This document shows, piece by piece, positions 58,465-64,000 of a stretch of 64,000 nucleotides of DNA (the first letter of the stretch is position 1; each line of letters opens with the position of its first letter). The DNA is from Rhizorhapis sp. (lineage in GTDB: Bacteria > Pseudomonadota > Alphaproteobacteria > Sphingomonadales > Sphingomonadaceae), in NCBI GenBank assembly GCA_036570425.1, contig DATCYF010000014.1:357-64356 (forward strand), read 5' to 3'. A model generated the notes under the pieces. The model saw only the letters and a list, made by a program, of their open reading frames with translations. It was not told the origin of the DNA and did not search any database. A program made the position numbers and the translations under genes.

Positions 58465-58800
58465 GATCAGAGCCTCCGACAGGAGAATATGGAAAAAACC
58501 GAGGAGGCGTCAGCTCCCTCTAGACAATGGAGCTGCTCGTCCTGCATTTCGGTCCACGGGGGGTCTGATTCCCTTTGCATCACCTCTCCCTATCCCGCGA
58601 CTCACGGCTTCCGTCTCGCGTAGAATTCCGATCCTCGGTGAAGTGGCATATTCTACACTGTAGAAATTGTCTATTGCTACCTCGTCGCGGCAATTCGCTG
58701 CCTATTCATAATCATTGGAAAGCCGTGCTCCTGACTATTATGTCGAAGCTCAATCACAGCCCGGCTGCACCAATGGGCCTCTTTCTATCCAGCACATTCA

Positions 58801-59673
58801 TCAGGATTTGAGCAAATCCACGGCGAAAGCGCGAATATGATCGCGCATATCCTCACGCTCCAGCGCCAAGGCGAAGTTCGCCTCGATATAACCCGTTTTG
58901 GATCCGCAATCGAAGCGGCGGCCATTAAAGGTGACGCCATGAAAAGGCTGAATGCCAACAAGCGATGCCATGGCGTCGGTCAACTGAATTTCGCCACCCG
59001 CACCTTTTTCCTGATTTTCCAATATGCGCATCACCTCTGGCTGAAGGATATAGCGCCCGGCTATGATGAGGTTGGAAGGCGCCGTTCCCGGCGCGGGCTT
59101 TTCGACCAAGCCCCTGACTTCAGTCAATGCTCCTTTGGACGCACCGGGGGCAAGAATGCCGTAGCTCGATGTCTGTTCCATCGGTACTTCGAGCGCGCAG
59201 ATCAGATTGCCGCCGACATTTTCATAGGCATCAACCATCTGCTTCATGCAGCCGGGCGAACCCACCATGAATTCATCCGGCAAGAAAACCGCGAAGGGCT
59301 CATTCCCCACGATTTCGCGTGCGCACCATACTGCATGTCCCAGGCCCAGAGGCTCCTGCTGCCGCACGAAGGCGGCATTGCCCGGCATCAACCGGGTTGG
59401 GGCAAGGATGGAAAGATCCTTGCCGCGCTCCGACATGGTATGTTCCAACTCATAGGCAATATCGAAATGATCTTCGATGACGCCCTTTCCGCGGCCGGTG
59501 ACAAAGATCATCTGCTCAATGCCAGCCTCCAAGGCTTCATCGACGGCATATTGAATGAGCGGCCGATCCACGACAGGCAGCATTTCCTTGGGCACGACCT
59601 TCGTCGCGGGCAGGAATCGTGTGCCAAGTCCAGCGACAGGAAAGATGGCTTTTCTAATCTTTTGCCGGCTCAT
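58801..59673 (-). CDS. galU: UTP--glucose-1-phosphate uridylyltransferase
   Basis: KAIFPVAGLGTRFLPATKVVPKEMLPVVDRPLIQY, and LVEKP in EVRGLVEKPAPGT. Confidence 0.9.
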   Translation of the reverse strand: MSRQKIRKAIFPVAGLGTRFLPATKVVPKEMLPVVDRPLIQYAVDEALEAGIEQMIFVTGRGKGVIEDHFDIAYELEHTMSERGKDLSILAPTRLMPGNAAFVRQQEPLGLGHAVWCAREIVGNEPFAVFLPDEFMVGSPGCMKQMVDAYENVGGNLICALEVPMEQTSSYGILAPGASKGALTEVRGLVEKPAPGTAPSNLIIAGRYILQPEVMRILENQEKGAGGEIQLTDAMASLVGIQPFHGVTFNGRRFDCGSKTGYIEANFALALEREDMRDHIRAFAVDLLKS

Positions 59674-59793
59674 TGATCATCCTTCTGCTGTTTGCAGCGC
59701 GGTCATAGCGCAGCAATTGCGGACTCGTTCCGATCGGGTCAAGCGTGGAACGCTCACATTTGGCGGGAATATCCGGAATTGCTCGGGTGGACT

Positions 59794-60339
59794 CTAAAGA
59801 GCGACCAGACGCTCCCGGCAATTTTCCAGCCGAGAGACTTCCTGCTCCAGATCATCGAGACTGATGCAGATCATATTGTTCTTTGCATCCCGGCACAGGA
59901 ATGGAGCATTGTCCGATCCATGTTGTTCCTCGGCAGGTGCCTGGAAGCCCTGGATGACCAACATCCGGAATTTATCAATTCGCTGGATAGTGCGCTCAAT
60001 TTCGGCGATTTCGACGAGCTGCATATTGTTCCGCCGGTTCCGCATGGATACAATGGCGCGCAGTTCCGCCAGCATCTTGGCCATGGTCGGCCTGATACGG
60101 GCAGTCGCGCGCACATCGCCCGCGTTCTGCCGCAATTGTGCGACTTTCTGTTCGAGATGCACTTCCAGCTTGCCCCAACTGAAAATCAGACGCCCAATGC
60201 CGCACAGCAATGCCTCATGCATTTCTGTTGGCTGACTAGGCTTATCTCGGTCAGGGTCACGCGAAAAATCGGCCATAACGCATTTCCCGCTTACTTCTTC
60301 ATCAATCCCCAAAGCGGAAAAATCATTATACTGAAGCAT
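59794..60339 (-). CDS. Hypothetical helical protein (181 aa) in a lower-GC patch
   Basis: The ORF has a helical, heptad-like composition (LEQKVAQLRQN..., EIAEIERTIQRIDKF...). An equally long antisense ORF exists in the same codon register. The minus frame is favoured only by higher G at codon position 1, counted by hand over most of the ORF. Confidence 0.45.
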   Translation of the reverse strand: MLQYNDFSALGIDEEVSGKCVMADFSRDPDRDKPSQPTEMHEALLCGIGRLIFSWGKLEVHLEQKVAQLRQNAGDVRATARIRPTMAKMLAELRAIVSMRNRRNNMQLVEIAEIERTIQRIDKFRMLVIQGFQAPAEEQHGSDNAPFLCRDAKNNMICISLDDLEQEVSRLENCRERLVAL

Positions 60340-60527
60340 GATGTCGCGATCTCCATTGAACCGGCTAAGGTAGTACCAATTGGGGAGGACAGTAGGAGCG
60401 GGTCAGAAAGACTGCACGCTGGCGCATTCCCACTGCTCGCATGGATGGCACGAACCGCCGCGACCTGTGCAAAAAATACGTTCGCCTGTAGCTTCTCACG
60501 ATCCTCCGGAACCAAAATTCCGTGAAA

Positions 60528-60695
60528 TCAGAAGTCGATAGCGATACCCTTGCGTTCCCAATCACCATAGCGCGTGGGGTTTTCCGGATTCATTTCTCCT
60601 TCAGCAATATCCTTATCAAGGGGATCCGGCTGAGGCACTGGTGGGCTCTTGGACAGATAAGCCGGAGGTTTTACATGATCCGGGCGCTTGCCCAT
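60528..60695 (-). CDS. DUF1674 (SDHAF4-like) small protein, 55 aa
   Basis: My own translation: MGKRPDHVKPPAYLSKSPPVPQPDPLDKDIAEGEMNPENPTRYGDWERKGIAIDF*. The C-terminal P(T)RYGDWExKG(I/R)xxDF is the DUF1674 signature. It is below the ORF-track length cutoff. Confidence 0.7.
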   Translation of the reverse strand: MGKRPDHVKPPAYLSKSPPVPQPDPLDKDIAEGEMNPENPTRYGDWERKGIAIDF

Positions 60696-60784
60696 GTTAT
60701 GTCCTTTTCACATTGAAGCCAATTGAATGTCATCCCACATTCATGCGGTCCGCTCTATAAAGTGCGGAGACGGAGGTTTTACAA

Positions 60785-61729
60785 GTGAACGGTTTGAAGA
60801 CAGTAATGCTGCTGTCAGCGCTGACAGCGCTATTCATGGCGCTCGGTTATACGCTTGGCGGACCCAGCGGCGCCGTGATCGCGCTTTTGATCGCGGCGGG
60901 GATGAACCTCTTCACATTCTGGAATGCGGACAAGATTGTCCTCAAGATGCACCATGCTCGCGAGGTCGACGGCAGGACAGCTCCGGAATTTTACGGTCTG
61001 GTGCAGCAACTCGCAGGCAGGGCAGGACTGCCCATGCCGAAGGTCTATATAGTCGACAGCCCTCATCCCAACGCTTTCGCCACGGGCCGCAATCCCGAAA
61101 ATGCAGCCGTCGCGGCAACGAGCGGCCTTCTTTCCATGCTGAGCCAGGAAGAAGTTGCTGGCGTCATGGCGCACGAGTTGGGCCACGTGCGCAATCGCGA
61201 CACTTTGATCATGACGATGGTGGCGACCATTGCAGGCGCTATCTCGATGCTGGCGAATTTCGGCCTGTTCTTTCGCGGCCATGACGGTCGCGGCGCGGGC
61301 ATGGCGGGTCTGCTGGCAGTTCTGGTCGCGCCTTTTGCCGCAATGATCGTGCAAATGGCCATCAGCCGGACCCGGGAGTATGGAGCCGATCGGGCCGGCG
61401 GTGAAATCAGCGGCAATCCGCGTGCGCTGGCTTCTGCCTTACGAAAGATAGCGGGAGGCGCGGCGCGCATCCCCAATCCCGTCACGGAACATAACCCGGC
61501 CGCGGCGCAGCTTTACATTGTGCCGACCCATATCAGCCAACTCTTTTCCACGCATCCGGCGACCGAAAGCCGTATAGCGGCGCTGGAGGAAATGGCCCGG
61601 AACCTGGGCATTGAACCGGCGACTGGTTCGCCCCTCATGCGGGGTGAGAGCGAAACGTCTGCACTCTTTCCGACCGGAAAGCCCGCCTCCCGCCGTTCCA
61701 GCGCCCTTAACCCACATGAGCATTCATGA
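60785..61729 (+). CDS. htpX: Zinc metalloprotease HtpX homolog
   Basis: GTG start with a GGAGG RBS, two N-terminal TM segments, the HELGHV zincin motif, and a later REYGADR (M48 family). Confidence 0.9.
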   Translation: MNGLKTVMLLSALTALFMALGYTLGGPSGAVIALLIAAGMNLFTFWNADKIVLKMHHAREVDGRTAPEFYGLVQQLAGRAGLPMPKVYIVDSPHPNAFATGRNPENAAVAATSGLLSMLSQEEVAGVMAHELGHVRNRDTLIMTMVATIAGAISMLANFGLFFRGHDGRGAGMAGLLAVLVAPFAAMIVQMAISRTREYGADRAGGEISGNPRALASALRKIAGGAARIPNPVTEHNPAAAQLYIVPTHISQLFSTHPATESRIAALEEMARNLGIEPATGSPLMRGESETSALFPTGKPASRRSSALNPHEHS

Positions 61730-61804
61730 CATTCCGATCAACGGAGCATGGAAGCAACGTAAGGCTGCTTTGCACCTCGCGCGAAATCGCCTAGGGCGTC
61801 GCTC

Positions 61805-63091
61805 ATGTCACTCTATCCCGCCAATCCGACCGGCCTTCCAGCGCGCCGTGCTGCCCTGAAGCTGTTAGACGCAGTGCTGCGGCGGGGCGAACCCCTGGAA
61901 TCGGCGTTGCATGCGGCCACGCAGGGTTTGGGCCAGCGAGCGGACCGGGCCTTGACCCACGCGATAGTGGCAGCCGTGTTGCGCTACATGCCCGATCTGG
62001 ATGCTCTGATCGACGCAGCAACGCGCCAACCTCTCCCCGAAGATGCCAAGGCGCGGGCGGTTCTGCGCATTGCGCTGGCACAGGCGCTAATCCTGAAAAC
62101 CCCACCACACGCTGCCATATCCACCGCACTTCCTCTGGTCGACGGGGGACCGCGCAAGCTGGTGCATGGCGTATTTGGCACTGTCATGCGAAGCAGTGCG
62201 TCACTCCCCGACACTCCCACACTGCTCCCCGAAGTGGCTGAGCGCTGGTCCGCCCAATGGGGCACTGAAATGACAGAGGCCGCGGCAGAAGCGCTCGCCG
62301 CACCGCCAGCCATGGACCTGACATTGAAGGATGCAGGGACAACCCAGACCTGGGCCGAAACATTGGGCGGAACGAGCCTGCTGCCGGGTCATGTGCGGCT
62401 GAACGAAGCGATGGATGTAACAACGCTGCCCGGCTTTGCCGAAGGGGCTTGGTGGGTGCAGGACCTGGCGGCCTCCTTGCCCGCTCGCCTGCTAGGCGCT
62501 GGTGAGGGCAAAGACGTGCTTGACCTGTGTGCCGCGCCGGGGGGCAAAACGATGCAGCTTGCCGCCGCCGGTTGGCGCGTGACCGCTGTGGATCAATCGA
62601 GCAAGCGACTGGGACGTCTGGCCGCCAACCTGGCGCGGACAGATCTTGCGGCTGAAACGCTCGCAGCCGATATACGCCATTGGGAACCTGCCGCGCCTGT
62701 AGACGCCATTTTGCTGGATGCACCATGCTCAGCCACAGGTATTTTCCGCCGCCATCCTGATGTGCTTCACCGCATTGGCAGCAGACAGATTGAAGAACGA
62801 GCGGAATTGCAGAAGGAGCTTCTCATTCGCGCTGCTTCATGGGTGAAACCCGGCGGGGTGCTGGTCTATGCCACCTGTTCGCTGGAACGGGCCGAAGGAG
62901 AAGAGCAGATTGAACCCTTGATAAGTGAGCGGGGCACCTTCGACATGGATAACATCGACCCCGTGGTTTTGCCTGCAGACGTGGCTCCTGCGGAACAGGG
63001 CTGGCTTCGCACCTTACCCTCCCTGCTTGCCGACAAGGGCCGGCTGGACGGGTTCTTCGTGGCGTGCCTGCGTAAGAAATACCCATCCTAA
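61805..63091 (+). CDS. rsmB: RsmB/NOP/Sun-family 16S rRNA (cytosine-C5)-methyltransferase
   Basis: NusB-like N-terminal domain, SAM motif DLCAAPGGKT, and catalytic blocks LLDAPCSATG and YATCSL. Confidence 0.85.
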   Translation: MSLYPANPTGLPARRAALKLLDAVLRRGEPLESALHAATQGLGQRADRALTHAIVAAVLRYMPDLDALIDAATRQPLPEDAKARAVLRIALAQALILKTPPHAAISTALPLVDGGPRKLVHGVFGTVMRSSASLPDTPTLLPEVAERWSAQWGTEMTEAAAEALAAPPAMDLTLKDAGTTQTWAETLGGTSLLPGHVRLNEAMDVTTLPGFAEGAWWVQDLAASLPARLLGAGEGKDVLDLCAAPGGKTMQLAAAGWRVTAVDQSSKRLGRLAANLARTDLAAETLAADIRHWEPAAPVDAILLDAPCSATGIFRRHPDVLHRIGSRQIEERAELQKELLIRAASWVKPGGVLVYATCSLERAEGEEQIEPLISERGTFDMDNIDPVVLPADVAPAEQGWLRTLPSLLADKGRLDGFFVACLRKKYPS

Positions 63092-63163
63092 AAAGCGTCC
63101 GGGTCGCCAGATTTGCTTTTACGGGAGTTGCGAAGCTGACGGCCTGTGGCTAATGCCTTGGTG

Positions 63164-63826
63164 ATGCATAGCCCTGTCAAGATTGCCCCTTCCATTCTCT
63201 CCGCTGATTTCGCGCGCCTGGGCGAGGAAATTCGCGCCATTGATGAGGCCGGGTGCGATTGGATCCATGTCGATGTCATGGACGGTCATTTCGTCCCCAA
63301 TATTACCATCGGCCCGGCCGTGGTGAAGGCGCTTCGTCCGCATACGGCCAAGCCCTTGGACGTCCATCTCATGATTTCGCCGGTGGACCAATATCTCGAA
63401 GCTTTTGCGGAGGCGGGCGCAGACATCATTACGGTTCATCCTGAAGCAGGGCCGCATGTCCACCGTACAGTCCAGCATATCAAGTCCCTGGGCAAGCAGG
63501 CGGGCGTGTCGCTCAATCCCGCCACCCCGGCCAAGATGCTGGACTATCTCATCGAGGACATCGATCTGGTCCTCATCATGAGCGTCAATCCGGGCTTTGG
63601 CGGGCAGAGCTTCATCGAAAGCCAGCTTCGCAAGATCGAAGCCGTGCGCAAGATGATCGACAAGACAGGCAAGGATATCCGCCTGGAAGTAGACGGTGGT
63701 ATTGACGCCAGCACAGCGCCGCGAGCCATTGCAGCAGGAGCGGATGTGCTGGTTGCAGGCACCGCGACATTCCGGGGCGGGCCGGAAGCCTATGCCGCGA
63801 ATATATCGATATTGAGGGGCGGGTGA
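63164..63826 (+). CDS. rpe: Ribulose-phosphate 3-epimerase
   Basis: [38 protein letters not shown] and VDGG motifs. ATG 63146 is an alternative start. Confidence 0.95.
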   Translation: MHSPVKIAPSILSADFARLGEEIRAIDEAGCDWIHVDVMDGHFVPNITIGPAVVKALRPHTAKPLDVHLMISPVDQYLEAFAEAGADIITVHPEAGPHVHRTVQHIKSLGKQAGVSLNPATPAKMLDYLIEDIDLVLIMSVNPGFGGQSFIESQLRKIEAVRKMIDKTGKDIRLEVDGGIDASTAPRAIAAGADVLVAGTATFRGGPEAYAANISILRGG

Positions 63827-64000
63827 ACGATCAGACGCCAACGGAGCTCGCCCAGGACGGGATTGAACAGGGCAAGAGGCTAATCCGCCTCTCAGGGGAC
63901 AAAGGCCTCTCCCTGAGCGAGCGCGTGGCCAACCATTTTTATCGCCTCACTTGGCGGACTCCGCTGCATGCCATGCGGTTAAAAGGCAAATATCCGCTGA
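63823..64000 (+). CDS. Hypothetical protein, N-terminal fragment running off the window (possibly the heparinase II/III-like protein often found near rpe/rsmB/purH in alphaproteobacteria)
   Basis: GTG 63823 overlaps the rpe stop (GTGA). The frame [59 protein letters not shown] stays open to the window end. The family assignment is from memory of synteny only. Confidence 0.4.
   Translation, partial: MNDQTPTELAQDGIEQGKRLIRLSGDKGLSLSERVANHFYRLTWRTPLHAMRLKGKYPL

Noticed and set aside
58500-58550. Possible galU terminator (7-bp stem CAGCTCC/GGAGCTG followed by T6 on the minus strand)
   Set aside because: The T-run is separated from the stem by about 12 nt and the stem is short, so this is not a canonical intrinsic terminator. 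The T-run may simply be part of the RBS region of the next gene.
59692-60525. 277-aa plus-strand ORF
   Set aside because: It fully overlaps the minus-strand 181-aa ORF in the same codon register. I kept the minus ORF on slightly better position-1 purine bias and more protein-like composition. This rejection is weak; see the finding at 59690-60527.

Overview
High-GC alphaproteobacterial chromosome segment. The gene content looks Sphingomonadales-like, which is an inference from TonB-receptor richness, RibBX, COQ9 and DUF1674, not from a search. Genes are tightly packed, and many neighbours share ATGA, GTGA or TGATG stop/start overlaps.

Layout, left to right:
- 1-3.8 kb: siderophore uptake module (PepSY/PiuB-like protein, TonB receptor, small membrane protein).
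- 4.1-8.0 kb: conserved tesA / ybbA-ybbP module.
- 8.4-16.5 kb: APC permease, two tandem exported SAM-methyltransferase paralogs, an SDR, an 821-aa NAD-epimerase/polytopic-membrane fusion protein, and a Tat-exported amidohydrolase.
- 16.6-17.0 kb: decayed Abi-like fragment.
- 17-40 kb: accessory block. A LysR-associated operon carries a VOC protein, a bicupin, a one-Cys racemase-fold protein and an internally deleted SDR. It is followed by a roughly 19 kb island of unknown substrate flanked by TonB receptors. That island holds 2 TBDRs, a CapA-like protein, two paralogous small/large pairs of atypical APH-fold kinases, SnoaL and LEH-like proteins, an MDR, an SDR, a double EthD protein and a stand-alone Mo-bisPGD oxidoreductase. 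Its divergent promoters contain several AT-rich palindromes and phased repeats.
- 40.3-47.9 kb: cobalamin riboswitch, then btuB, DUF1636, cobT, cobC, cobS, cobD, cbiB and cobU.
- 47.9-64 kb: core genes ssb, feoAB, COQ9-like, ribH, an HTH-fused ribBX, tRNA-Thr, gyrB, an L,D-transpeptidase, galU, a small DUF1674 ORF, htpX, rsmB and rpe.

I recognised no rRNA, CRISPR array, transposase or integrase.

The most unusual items are the duplicated kinase/pseudokinase-like pairs within the orphan TBDR island, the HTH-RibBX fusion with operator-like repeats, and the epimerase-membrane fusion. All functional calls come from motif recognition by eye; no database search was run.
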